Shown: positions 48,875 through 58,991 of the stretch, piece after piece | Layout of the letters: each line of letters opens with the position of its first letter | How positions within the stretch are numbered: position 1 is the stretch's first letter | From: Patescibacteria group bacterium | GTDB taxonomy: Bacteria > Patescibacteriota > Microgenomatia > UBA8517 | DNA: 64,000 nt | Direction: 5' to 3' | NCBI GenBank assembly: GCA_041742135.1 | Contig: JBGSJG010000008.1 | Coordinates: forward strand, 32,518-96,517 | The notes under the pieces: model-generated | What the model was told of the DNA's origin: nothing | The model's input: only the letters and a program-made list of their open reading frames with translations | The model's database searches: none | Position numbers and translations under genes: made by a program

Positions 48875-50148
48875 ACCGCAAACTGGTTTTGGTTTTTTTG
48901 ACAGCGCTACTGTTGCGTCTTGTTTTGTCCCCTCTTTTTTGGCATCCAGATGTCACAAACCATCTCGATTGGGGGATAAGATTTTTTGAGTACGGTATCG
49001 ATAAAATATACGCTCCCGAGTCAAACGTCTGGTCGTTTACTTGGCCAAATCAGCCTCCCGGAACAATGCTTATTTTTGCCTTTATTCGAAAGTTCTACGA
49101 GTTGGTATTTGGTTTTTTGTGGAACATAAACGTTTCAATTCCAAGTTTCCCCTCTGTGATTATCACACTTGCCCAGAGCTATTTGTATCAAGTATTCGTT
49201 AAGCTGCCGGCAATTCTTTCCGATCTCGGGATCGCCTACTTAATATATTTGTTTGTAGAGAAATTTAATAAAAAATCAGCAATTTGGGCAGCTGCAGCAT
49301 TTCTGTTTAATCCGGTAATTTGGTACAACTCCTCAGTCTGGGGACAAACGGATGCGGTTGTAAATTTCTTGTTTTTGTTGGGCTTTTGGTTACTGCTCAA
49401 AAAACGCCTTTTTTACTCAATGATTTTTGTTTGCTTGTGTTTATTTGTCAAAATTTCACTCGCAATATTTTTGCCAATATTTATCATCTTTCTCATTCGG
49501 CAAAAATTCTCTTGGAGTAAAATACTTTTTTCAGGCCTACTATCTTTTGTAATTATCATGCTAATCACGTTGCCGTTTTCGGGGGGCAACAATCCTACCC
49601 CGTGGCTTTATGAGATTTATAAAACCAAAGTCATGACCAATCAACTGCAAGTCATTACTGCCAATGCGTTTAACATTTGGATTAGCTTGACCGGAATTGC
49701 CGAAAAGCCACATACCCTATTTTTAGGACCGCTTACCTATCAATCTTGGGGAGTTTTGCTTTTTGGAGCCTCGATAATTCCCGTCTTCGTCATGCTCTGG
49801 AAAAAGCCCACTGAACTAGCTGCGATTTGGGGCTTCTTTATTATCGCTTTTTCTTCGTGGTTGCTTCTTACTAACATGCACGAGCGATATCTATATCCAG
49901 CTTTCCCATTTTTGACAATTTTGGCTTTCAAATACAAAAAGATGCTTCCGGTTCTATTCGGACTTTCGGCGCTAAACTTGTTAAACCTATACAATCTCTG
50001 GTGGACGCCGCTCATCCCTTTCGTCAAAAATATAATGTCCTATTCTGACTTTTTGCTGGCTCGCGTCTTTGGTATCGTTAATACGGTTTTTTACATGATC
50101 AGCTATAAGCAGTATTTGATAGATAGTCGCGATATAATTAAAAAATGA
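48871..50148 (+). CDS. GT-C glycosyltransferase, ALG6/ALG8- or GT87-like
   Basis: HPDV, NQPPG, KLPAILSD, WGQTD, NAFNIW, MHERY. Confidence 0.7.
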   Translation: MNRKLVLVFLTALLLRLVLSPLFWHPDVTNHLDWGIRFFEYGIDKIYAPESNVWSFTWPNQPPGTMLIFAFIRKFYELVFGFLWNINVSIPSFPSVIITLAQSYLYQVFVKLPAILSDLGIAYLIYLFVEKFNKKSAIWAAAAFLFNPVIWYNSSVWGQTDAVVNFLFLLGFWLLLKKRLFYSMIFVCLCLFVKISLAIFLPIFIIFLIRQKFSWSKILFSGLLSFVIIMLITLPFSGGNNPTPWLYEIYKTKVMTNQLQVITANAFNIWISLTGIAEKPHTLFLGPLTYQSWGVLLFGASIIPVFVMLWKKPTELAAIWGFFIIAFSSWLLLTNMHERYLYPAFPFLTILAFKYKKMLPVLFGLSALNLLNLYNLWWTPLIPFVKNIMSYSDFLLARVFGIVNTVFYMISYKQYLIDSRDIIKK

Positions 50149-51830
50149 GGTACAAATACATTTTTTTGGGGCTTATAGTTGGACTTGCTTTTGTACTGCG
50201 TTTTGTAGGTATTTCAAGCTATCCAGCTGGTTTTTCAGCTGACGAGGTAAACCAAGGCTACACCGCATATTCGATACTTAAAACCGGGCGAGACGAGTGG
50301 GGAGAGCTTTTTCCCGTTGCTCCGCGAGCCTACGGTGACTATCGAGCCCCGCTTTACACATATTTAACTGTGCCTTCAGTATTCTTGTTTGGACTAAACG
50401 AATTTGCGGTACGGTTCCCAAACGTCCTTGTTGGCACTATTGCTATCTTGGTTTTGTACCTTCTTTCTAAGGAATTATTTAAAAACTTCAAGAACTCTGA
50501 AGCAATTTCATTGTTAGCGGCCAGTATTCTTGCAATTAGTCCATGGCACGTGGGCATGTCGCGTGGCAGCTTTGAAACAAACTTGCCGTCACTACTGATT
50601 CCCTTGGCTTCACTTTTTTTCCTAAAAGGACTTGATAAGAAAAAGTACATGTTGGCTTCAATGATTTGTTTTGGGTTCAGTTTGTTCTCTTACTACTCAG
50701 CTCGGCTCCTTTTGCCATTCGTTTTATTGGCGTTTTATTTGCTCTTTGTGAGGCCAAAGTTTGGTGTTTTGCAGGCTGTTAAAAAATTCAAGCTTTCATT
50801 AATAGTTTTTGCCATCTTTGCTTTTCTAGCATCGTATACGATGTTCTTCGGAGCTCAAACAAGAATTGCTGACGTCGCGCTTTTTAATTCAGAGGCTATA
50901 TTCCGAACTGCGGCAGACCAAAAATACCAAGCAGTACTTTTGGGCTTGCCAGACACAATAGCCCGTCTGTTTTCGAACAAGGTTTTTGCGGTTGGTGAAC
51001 AAATAATTAAAAATTATTTAGGATATTTTTCGATTGAATTTTTGTTTACCCAAGGCGCTGGAGAAGCGACTTACGGACTCATGCCCGGCCGAGGACTGCT
51101 TCATCTAATTGAACTGCCATTTTTGTTGTTTTCGATTTATTCGATTTTACAAAACAAACTATATCGTGATCGAAGAATCTTGTTTATTTTAGTTGTTATT
51201 GCCATGGCACCGATCCCCGCATCTTTAACTGCGAGCGTTGGGTTTGCTGCAAATCGCTCAGCGCTTATGATTCCTTGGATTCACATTCTCGCGGCCTATG
51301 GTGCAATCGCACTCGCAAGCAAAATTAAAATCAAGAAAATTTGGATCGCCTTCGCAACATTTTATGTTTTTGCAACGGTTTTATTCTTGGAAGACTATTT
51401 TTTCCATGCCCCTATGCAAAATTCCCGTCAAATGAGCTATGGCTGGAAGCAGATGGCTTCGTATTTGGATGAAGTTTCAGATTCCTATCCCCAGGTAATT
51501 ATAAGCAGAAACTTGTCTGAGCCTCAGATGTTTTTAGCGTTCTATCTTAAAATTGACCCGCGCGTTGTTCAGAAAGAATCGCAGGACTGGTTAAGGTATC
51601 AAGCTAACGGGCTAAAATTTGTTGATCAATTGGGAGAATACAAAATCGCAAACTTCACAATCAGAAATCTAGATAGGAATTCAGATTTAAGATTGGATAG
51701 CGCACTGCTGGTTGGTAAGCCCGAGGATTTTCCTCACGATATCGTCCCAAGTTACTCTGTTAATTACCCGGATGGCCAACAAGCAATTATCGCGGTTTCA
51801 ACACGTGCGGAATATGCAAAAGGGAATTAA
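50145..51830 (+). CDS. GT-C glycosyltransferase, tandem family member 2
   Basis: ADEVNQGYTAYSILKTGRDEWG, GDYRAP, SPWH, YPDG tail. Confidence 0.82.
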   Translation: MRYKYIFLGLIVGLAFVLRFVGISSYPAGFSADEVNQGYTAYSILKTGRDEWGELFPVAPRAYGDYRAPLYTYLTVPSVFLFGLNEFAVRFPNVLVGTIAILVLYLLSKELFKNFKNSEAISLLAASILAISPWHVGMSRGSFETNLPSLLIPLASLFFLKGLDKKKYMLASMICFGFSLFSYYSARLLLPFVLLAFYLLFVRPKFGVLQAVKKFKLSLIVFAIFAFLASYTMFFGAQTRIADVALFNSEAIFRTAADQKYQAVLLGLPDTIARLFSNKVFAVGEQIIKNYLGYFSIEFLFTQGAGEATYGLMPGRGLLHLIELPFLLFSIYSILQNKLYRDRRILFILVVIAMAPIPASLTASVGFAANRSALMIPWIHILAAYGAIALASKIKIKKIWIAFATFYVFATVLFLEDYFFHAPMQNSRQMSYGWKQMASYLDEVSDSYPQVIISRNLSEPQMFLAFYLKIDPRVVQKESQDWLRYQANGLKFVDQLGEYKIANFTIRNLDRNSDLRLDSALLVGKPEDFPHDIVPSYSVNYPDGQQAIIAVSTRAEYAKGN

Positions 51831-52449
51831 CTATAGATTGTTGTTTTTGATTCTTGTATGCTGCCCGTTCATCCTCTCTATCACCTTTCACTTTCCCGAT
51901 TTTGTAGATGCGTGGGTTGCTTATCCAAAGTTAGCTCAAGACAAAGTTCAATACCTTCTCTCCGATGGCTTGTTGGCAAATGCGCTTGAGATGAGGCAGA
52001 CAAACATGTATGGCTCAGGAGTGATTTTTTACCTTTCAAAATTACTGTATGGAAAGCCCATTTTGTACATTTCCGAGTTTATTTCGTGGCTTTCATATTT
52101 TTCGCCAAGGTTTTATTTTCAAGCGGGAGATGCGAGCCTTTTTTCAACCAGATTTGTAGAGCCGATTGTTTTTTTACTTTCGCCGATTTGGGTTTTTGGT
52201 TTTTTTACGAGCATTAAGCTTAGGAAGTTTAAAGTAATTGTTTTGTATGTGGCATTTACCCTCTTGGCCTACATGTCAGGCAAGCGCGAGTTTGCATATT
52301 TATTGCCAGCAATCATGTTCATGATTTATTTTATATATTTAGGCTCAACTCGTCTTTTGCCCACCAGATGGTTTAGAAGGTATCTTGCTGTGTCAGTGGT
52401 CTATGGGGTGTACATTCTGCTTCGACTAGCTTACGCAATTAACATATGA
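51814..52449 (+). CDS. Short membrane protein, truncated relative of the flanking GT-C family
   Basis: SKLLYGK...SYFSPRFYFQAGD matches the mid-region of its neighbours (ARLFSNK...GYFSIEFLFTQG). It lacks the N-terminal DE loop. Start moved to ATG 51814. Confidence 0.55.
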   Translation: MQKGINYRLLFLILVCCPFILSITFHFPDFVDAWVAYPKLAQDKVQYLLSDGLLANALEMRQTNMYGSGVIFYLSKLLYGKPILYISEFISWLSYFSPRFYFQAGDASLFSTRFVEPIVFLLSPIWVFGFFTSIKLRKFKVIVLYVAFTLLAYMSGKREFAYLLPAIMFMIYFIYLGSTRLLPTRWFRRYLAVSVVYGVYILLRLAYAINI

Positions 52450-54065
52450 AGAAAATACTAATCGGCATATTTCTTTTGGCATTTTTTATTAGGATCGCCT
52501 ATGTTGGTTCATACCCTCTTAGCTTATCAATGGACGAGTTATCGATTGGATACAACGCATATTCAATATCTGAAATTGGAATGGATGAGTGGGGGGTTCG
52601 TTACCCGCTCGTATTTAGATCTCTTAGCGACTACAAACCACCAGTAAGTGTTTATTTAGTGGCCATTTCGGTTCGACTTTTTGGATTAAATGAATTTTCG
52701 GTCAGGTTCCCAAATGTTCTCATAGGATCGCTAAGCGTCTTAGTGTTTTTTGGCTTACTGAGAGAACTTAAATTTAATAAAACGATATCGCTGGTTGGAG
52801 CAGCTTGGTTGGCCATAAACCCTTGGCATGTTTTTTATTCTAGAGCTGGTTTTGAGACATTGATTGCTTTATTTTTTGTAATAGCTGGTATTTGGTTCTT
52901 TCTTCGTGGAGTCAGTCGTAAATCAAGTTTAATTTTAAGTTTGAGTGCTATTGCCTTTTCTCTGTCAGTGTGGACGTACCACGCCGAACGGATATATGTG
53001 CCTATTCTTGTCTTTATCTTGGTTGTTTTAAAAAGAAAAGAGCTTTTGGTAATGCTAAAAGCGCAAAAGATCAAGCTTATTTTTCCCTTTTTGACCACTA
53101 TCCTTTTTGCAGCACCGTTTATTTATATGTGTGTATTTGCTGGTGATACTACTGCACGAGCATTTTCAACTTCTCTGCTTCGAGATTTTCATTTAACTGG
53201 CAGTCTTCACGCACACGGATACAGTGACGTTTTAGATATGATTTTTAATAACGACATCTTTTTAATCTTTAGACACTTTTTAGGAAAATACCTAAACTAT
53301 ATCGACGTAGAGTTTTTGTTCAAAAATGGACTTCACCTGACTCTTCCAGAGTATCCCGGAATGGGGTTGCTTTACCTAGTGGACTTGCCGGTTGTGCTTG
53401 TCGGAGTCTGCTCGGTTGTTACACACAAAAGCACTTTTCTTAAAAAAATTACACTTGCTCTTTTTTTTCTTGGGCCATTGGCGGCCGCTTCGACGCTAGA
53501 TGAGCAGCACACCCTTAGAGCTTTAACTTGGCTGCCGTTTTGGGGCATTATTTTTGTTTCAGGAGTGGATTATGTTGTTAAGCAAAGAATACGCTTGATT
53601 AAGCCTGTTGTAGCATTTTACTCACTAGCTCTTTTGCTTAATTTTACTTATTTTGCAGACATGTACGTGCGACAGTTTCCTTATTTTTACAGCGAACTCT
53701 GGCTTTACGGCTACAAAGAAGCGTCTATTTTGGCTTGTGCCGAAAAAGACAATTACGATTATATAGTTTTAACGGATACTTTCGGGCAAGATGGCCCACT
53801 TTACACAGGAGTGCCGTATGAATATGTGCTTTTTTATTGCAACATCCACCCTTCAGAGTTTTTGGCAAATGGAAGGAAAATCCCCAAAATACTAATGAGG
53901 CGTCCAGACTGGCCAAGCGACGTCAAAAAAGATATGCTTGTTATCGCAGCGCCTTACGATTTTCCGCTTGATCAGATCGATCAAAAGCAAATTGTCAAAA
54001 CGATCTCGTATTATAACGGGAAAAAGGCCTTTATAGCAGTTACAACTAGACTAAATGAAGAATAA
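52446..54065 (+). CDS. GT-C glycosyltransferase, tandem family member 3
   Basis: MDELSIGYNAYSI, DEWG, DYKPP, NPWHVFYSR, WLYGY. Confidence 0.82.
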   Translation: MKKILIGIFLLAFFIRIAYVGSYPLSLSMDELSIGYNAYSISEIGMDEWGVRYPLVFRSLSDYKPPVSVYLVAISVRLFGLNEFSVRFPNVLIGSLSVLVFFGLLRELKFNKTISLVGAAWLAINPWHVFYSRAGFETLIALFFVIAGIWFFLRGVSRKSSLILSLSAIAFSLSVWTYHAERIYVPILVFILVVLKRKELLVMLKAQKIKLIFPFLTTILFAAPFIYMCVFAGDTTARAFSTSLLRDFHLTGSLHAHGYSDVLDMIFNNDIFLIFRHFLGKYLNYIDVEFLFKNGLHLTLPEYPGMGLLYLVDLPVVLVGVCSVVTHKSTFLKKITLALFFLGPLAAASTLDEQHTLRALTWLPFWGIIFVSGVDYVVKQRIRLIKPVVAFYSLALLLNFTYFADMYVRQFPYFYSELWLYGYKEASILACAEKDNYDYIVLTDTFGQDGPLYTGVPYEYVLFYCNIHPSEFLANGRKIPKILMRRPDWPSDVKKDMLVIAAPYDFPLDQIDQKQIVKTISYYNGKKAFIAVTTRLNEE

Positions 54066-55701
54066 ACTATTACTTGCAATTTTTGTTTTTGCCTTGATTA
54101 TCAGGGTTTGGAACATTAATGCCCTTCCACCGTCGCTCAATTGGGACGAAGTAAGCCATGGATATAATGCCTATTCAATAATCCAAACTGGTAAGGATGA
54201 ATGGGGGGAGGTCTTGCCATTAATATTTCGGGCATATGGCGATTACAAATTGCCAGTCTACATTTACTTGACTGCGCTTTTTGAGTATCTACTAGGTGTA
54301 AGCGTACTTTCAGTTAGGCTGACTTCCATTTTGGCTGGTAGCTTTTCTGTAGTGCTAGTTTATTTTTTGTCGTTAGAAATATTCAAAAAGAGAAGCACTG
54401 CCACAATTTCAGCCTTACTTATGGCGATAGTCCCGTGGAGTTTGTTTCTCTCCCGTATCGCTTTGGAAGCCAACTTGGCTTTGGCGTTGGTGATTGCAGG
54501 TTTTTTGTTTTTCATAAAAGGAGTCCGTGGGTCGAAATGGCTATTGGTTGTAAGTATGTTGTTTTTTGGGTTATCGATGTGGACATATAATTCATGTCGA
54601 GTCTTTGTTCCCATAATCATGGTCTTAATGGGAATTTTATACAGAGCAGAACTTAGCCAAAAACTTAAAGCTAACAAGCGTGTTTTTATTGCTATCGCTG
54701 TAGTTCTTACAGTAATTTTTACTCCGGTAGCGTATCAGATGGTAAATTCGGTAGGGCTTGCGCGCTACGAAAATATACAAATTCTTGATTCAGGAGCAAT
54801 AGCGCGCATCGAGAATTCTAGGGCTTCATCAGGCTTGCCTAGCATCCCTGCGCGGCTGGTTTATAACAAGGCAACATATATGGCAATAAATATTTTTGGA
54901 AATTATACAAAACATTTTGGACTGAATTTTCTATTTTTTACAGGAGGAGATAACTACCAATTTAGTGTTCCCGGGCAAGGACTTTTATATATCGTAAATA
55001 TTCCATTTTTATTCATAGGGCTTTGGGCCACGAGGAAAGTAAAATCTAAAGAAAAAATACTGCTTTTGTTATGGCTATTTGCGGCACCAATTGCAGCTAG
55101 CATCACACGGGAGTCACCTCATGTGTTGCGTAGTATCTTGATGCTGCCACCATTAGTTATTCTGATAGGCTTGGGTGTTTCCTTTTTTGATCGTTACAGA
55201 TTTTCAACTAAAAGAATTTTATTGTTTGTCTACGTGACAGCACTTTTGATAAGTTTTGCGGATTATGCCCACAATGCACTGAATATCTACAGACAAAGAT
55301 ATTCACAATCTTGGCAATATGGGTACGAGCAGCTAGTAGATAAAATTCGCGATAGGTATGACAGTTATGAGAAAATTGTTATTACTAAGAAGTATGGTGA
55401 GCCACATGAGTTCTTGTTTTACCACTGGCCTTGGTCGCCCGCAATGTTGCAGGCTGATACAAGTAAAATTCAATTTAAGCAATCAAACTGGTATTGGACT
55501 GACAAGTTTGACAAGTTTTATTTTGTTAATGACTGGGATATTCCAAAAACGGGGGTTAAGTTTGTACTTGAAAGTGGGCAAGAAATTGAATGTGCCAGCT
55601 GCATGCTAATTACCGCTGGAGGAGCACCTGAGAATTGGAGACAGTTGGACACGATTTATTTTCTAGATGGCTCTGTTGCTTTTGAAATATATGAACATTA
55701 A
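54055..55701 (+). CDS. GT-C glycosyltransferase, tandem family member 4
   Basis: WDEVSHGYNAYSIIQTGKDEWG, GDYKLP, SPHVLR, WQYGY. Confidence 0.82.
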   Translation: MKNKLLLAIFVFALIIRVWNINALPPSLNWDEVSHGYNAYSIIQTGKDEWGEVLPLIFRAYGDYKLPVYIYLTALFEYLLGVSVLSVRLTSILAGSFSVVLVYFLSLEIFKKRSTATISALLMAIVPWSLFLSRIALEANLALALVIAGFLFFIKGVRGSKWLLVVSMLFFGLSMWTYNSCRVFVPIIMVLMGILYRAELSQKLKANKRVFIAIAVVLTVIFTPVAYQMVNSVGLARYENIQILDSGAIARIENSRASSGLPSIPARLVYNKATYMAINIFGNYTKHFGLNFLFFTGGDNYQFSVPGQGLLYIVNIPFLFIGLWATRKVKSKEKILLLLWLFAAPIAASITRESPHVLRSILMLPPLVILIGLGVSFFDRYRFSTKRILLFVYVTALLISFADYAHNALNIYRQRYSQSWQYGYEQLVDKIRDRYDSYEKIVITKKYGEPHEFLFYHWPWSPAMLQADTSKIQFKQSNWYWTDKFDKFYFVNDWDIPKTGVKFVLESGQEIECASCMLITAGGAPENWRQLDTIYFLDGSVAFEIYEH

Positions 55702-57370
55702 ACGAATCGCACTTGTGGCTATATTGGTTTTGGCAGCAATTTTGCGTCTTTATAAGCTGGGTGAGTTTCCCATACACCTTACCAACGACGAAGCTGGATT
55801 GGGATACAACGCTTATTCAATCTTGCAAACTGGCAGAGATGAGCACGGGAATTTGTTCCCAGTGATTTTTAAGTCATTTGGGGATTGGAAGCCGGGACTT
55901 TATGTATATCTTTCTGTTCCCACAATCGCCCTTTTTGGGTTAAGCGAATTTTCAGTACGGCTTCCTTCTGCGCTCATGGGAATATTGGCCGTTTTATATA
56001 TTTACAAACTTGGATCAAAACTTTTTGGTGATAAAGTTGGCTTATTTTCTGCTCTATCTCTGGCGCTACTTCCTTGGCATATTCATTTCTCCAGAGGTGC
56101 CTGGGAGGCAAATGTCGCATTAACTTTGCTAATCGGAGGAGTTTATTACTTTCTAAAGTCATTTGAAAATAATAAATATTTTGTTTTGTCTGCGCTGTTT
56201 CTTTCCTTGACCCTATGGTCTTATCAAAGTGCAAAGATCGCGAGCTTGATTGTTTTGGTAGGATTAGCGTTTTTATACCACAAGCAGTTATTCAAAATTA
56301 AGTTTAAATACCTTGTGTCTGCCTTGATACTGGGACTATTAGTATCCTTGCCTATCGTTTTGTCATTGTTCACAGGAAAAGCGGGTCGCGCAAACGTGAT
56401 GAGCGTTTTTTCTTATACTCGTTCGGAAGAGTACATAGAAGAAACCGTTTTTGCTCACGAAAATATCACTAGAGATAGTCCGATTTTTGCGCTGTACCAC
56501 TCAGAAGCGCTTAACTTGTTTCGAGGCATATCTGGTAGATATCTTAACTACCTAAGTGGTAAGTTTCTGTTTTTCGAAGGCGATTGGTCCAATCCGAGGC
56601 ATACATCTGTCGACTCTGGATATTTGCTTTATGTTGACATAATAATCTTTGTTTTGGGAATTATTGGAATTTTGAAGCGAAAAATGTCAAAAGAAGTTGC
56701 GTTTGTTTGGTTTTTATTTTTGGTTTCTCAGGTTCCCGCGGCTTTGACTCGTGACAGTGCGCATGGTGTTAGATCTCTTGGAATGATATTTCCTATTTCC
56801 TTGATACTCGGTTACGGTTTAAATGACTTGGTACATTATTTACAAATGAATAAATTGGCCATTAGGTTATTTGGCTTTATTGCGTTGGTTTCCGCTTTCG
56901 TGTATAGCATGGCAATTTACTTAGACGCTTATTATGTCCAAAATAAATACCTAGAGCCAAAAGATTATTTTTATGGGTATAAACAAGTAGTCCAGAAAGT
57001 ATTTGAAAGAGAAACAAAGTATGAAAAAATAGTTTTTTCTCAAAGCTACGATCAGCCCTATATCTTCTTTTTGTTTTTCGGAGCTATGGATGGGGACTCG
57101 AGATTTTCAGCATGGGAGTATCAGAAAGAAAGTAGCTTTGAAGAGAACCAGTGGGGAGACGTTGGTTTAATCAAGAAGCTGGGCAATATTGAATTTAGAC
57201 CAATTAATTGGTATGACGACCGAGGCTTGGGGAACACACTTTTTATCGTCCGTGAAGAAGATGTCTCAAAAAGCGATTTGATCAGTAAGGAATTTAATAT
57301 TGAGACTGTAAGTTACCCCGATGGAAAAACAGCATTTATCTTAATAAACAAAAATGAAATTAATCAATAA
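55691..57370 (+). CDS. GT-C glycosyltransferase, tandem family member 5
   Basis: NDEAGLGYNAYSILQTGRDEHG, GDWKP, PWHIHFSRG, YDQPYIF. Start moved to ATG 55691. Confidence 0.82.
   Translation: MNIKRIALVAILVLAAILRLYKLGEFPIHLTNDEAGLGYNAYSILQTGRDEHGNLFPVIFKSFGDWKPGLYVYLSVPTIALFGLSEFSVRLPSALMGILAVLYIYKLGSKLFGDKVGLFSALSLALLPWHIHFSRGAWEANVALTLLIGGVYYFLKSFENNKYFVLSALFLSLTLWSYQSAKIASLIVLVGLAFLYHKQLFKIKFKYLVSALILGLLVSLPIVLSLFTGKAGRANVMSVFSYTRSEEYIEETVFAHENITRDSPIFALYHSEALNLFRGISGRYLNYLSGKFLFFEGDWSNPRHTSVDSGYLLYVDIIIFVLGIIGILKRKMSKEVAFVWFLFLVSQVPAALTRDSAHGVRSLGMIFPISLILGYGLNDLVHYLQMNKLAIRLFGFIALVSAFVYSMAIYLDAYYVQNKYLEPKDYFYGYKQVVQKVFERETKYEKIVFSQSYDQPYIFFLFFGAMDGDSRFSAWEYQKESSFEENQWGDVGLIKKLGNIEFRPINWYDDRGLGNTLFIVREEDVSKSDLISKEFNIETVSYPDGKTAFILINKNEINQ
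56075..56099 (+). repeat. 25-nt exact repeat, second copy at 57747-57771
   Basis: TGGCATATTCATTTCTCCAGAGGTG occurs in two adjacent GT-C paralogs (encodes WHIHFSRG). Confidence 0.8.
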
Positions 57371-58991
57371 AAATATTATTCTAATTTTAATTCTTCTCTT
57401 GGCTGGTATTCTTCGCGTTTACCAGCTTGATGTTTATCCAGCGTTAAATGCCGACGAGGCCTCCATCGGTTACGATGCTTACTCGCTAATTGAGACTGGA
57501 AAAGATCAGCATGGAAATTCGTGGCCTATCCATTTCCAGTCCTTTAATGACTATAAACCTGGTGGCTACGTTTATGCAGTTTTACCATTTGTGTATTTAT
57601 TTGGACTTAATGAATGGAGTGTGCGACTGCCGGGTGCGATTTTTGGAATTTTTACAGTCTTGGCAGTCTATCTTTTGGCCCGTGAGCTAAACGTAGGAAA
57701 CTCCAAACTTAAAATTGTTTCAGCTCTTCTTTTAGCTATTTCTCCGTGGCATATTCATTTCTCCAGAGGTGGCTGGGAAGTTAATATGGCAACTTTTTTG
57801 ATAACTTTGGGATTATATTTTTTTGTTAAAGCTCAAAGGCAGATGAAGTATTTGGTCATTAGTGTTTTGCTTTTGACTCTCAGTCTTTACACCTATCATG
57901 CTGCTCGTGTGATAGTTCCACTTTTGGGGTTGGGGCTTTTGGCAATTTATCGAAAGACTTTGCTTTCAAAAGACAATCTCAGACTAAGCGTAGGGGCAGC
58001 TGTCTTTGTGTTTGTGCTGGTTGTTCCACTTATGAGCAATTTTTTTGGTGATGCTGTCTCCTCTCGGGCTTCGGGTGTGAGTATTTTGGCAGACCGAGGC
58101 TACATTGACAGAATTAACGAGAAAAGAGGAAGGCATGATAATCCCAGTTCGATTGTTAACAGGCTGATTTACAATAGACCGAAAGAAATTGCAATCGAGT
58201 TTGGTAAAAATTATCTAGAGCATTTTTGGGGCGATTTTCTATTTATATCAGGTGATGACATAGAGCGAAACAAGGTTTCAGAGTTTGGGCAATTGTACAT
58301 GTGGCAGCTTTTTGCATTAGTTGTTGGGGTAGTTGCTGTAGTCAAAAAACAAAAAGAGTGGGGAGTGGTTGTTTTATGGTTACTATTAGCACCGATTCCT
58401 GCTGCACTAACTTTTCAGTCACCACATGCACTTCGTGCGCAGAGTATGATTATTCCATTAATAATCCTTTCAGCTTTAGGTTTATGTATCGTGCTAGATT
58501 TTATAAAAAGAAAAGTCAGTAGCAAAACGCTTCGCACAATATTTTACCTCGCAATAAGCTTGGTAATTGTTTGGGATTTTTCAAGATATTTGCACAATTA
58601 TTGGGTTCACATGTCCAAGGCTTATCCATATTCATCTCAATACGGAGTAAAAGAATTGGTCAGTTATCTGGCTAATGAGCAGTCTCATGAAAAGAATATT
58701 ATAATAACTACAAGGTACGACCAACCTTACATCTTGTTCCTGTTTTATTTGAAATACCCTCCCAAGCAGTTTCAAAATGATCATGTGTTAAGTGGAAGGG
58801 ATGAATACGGTTTTTCTACAGTACCAACTTTTGATCGATATGAATTTAGAAAAATAAATTATGATACTGAATGGAGTTTATACCAGAATTCAGTGGTAGC
58901 TGGAACTGATGAGGAAATCGTTGAAGGGGCGAACGTAATAAAAAACATTTATGGGACGAACGGCTTTTTGTATTTCCAGGTAGTTAGATGA
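57354..58991 (+). CDS. GT-C glycosyltransferase, tandem family member 6
   Basis: ADEASIGYDAYSLIETGKDQHG, DYKPG, PWHIHFSRG, YDQPYIL. Confidence 0.82.
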   Translation: MKLINKNIILILILLLAGILRVYQLDVYPALNADEASIGYDAYSLIETGKDQHGNSWPIHFQSFNDYKPGGYVYAVLPFVYLFGLNEWSVRLPGAIFGIFTVLAVYLLARELNVGNSKLKIVSALLLAISPWHIHFSRGGWEVNMATFLITLGLYFFVKAQRQMKYLVISVLLLTLSLYTYHAARVIVPLLGLGLLAIYRKTLLSKDNLRLSVGAAVFVFVLVVPLMSNFFGDAVSSRASGVSILADRGYIDRINEKRGRHDNPSSIVNRLIYNRPKEIAIEFGKNYLEHFWGDFLFISGDDIERNKVSEFGQLYMWQLFALVVGVVAVVKKQKEWGVVVLWLLLAPIPAALTFQSPHALRAQSMIIPLIILSALGLCIVLDFIKRKVSSKTLRTIFYLAISLVIVWDFSRYLHNYWVHMSKAYPYSSQYGVKELVSYLANEQSHEKNIIITTRYDQPYILFLFYLKYPPKQFQNDHVLSGRDEYGFSTVPTFDRYEFRKINYDTEWSLYQNSVVAGTDEEIVEGANVIKNIYGTNGFLYFQVVR

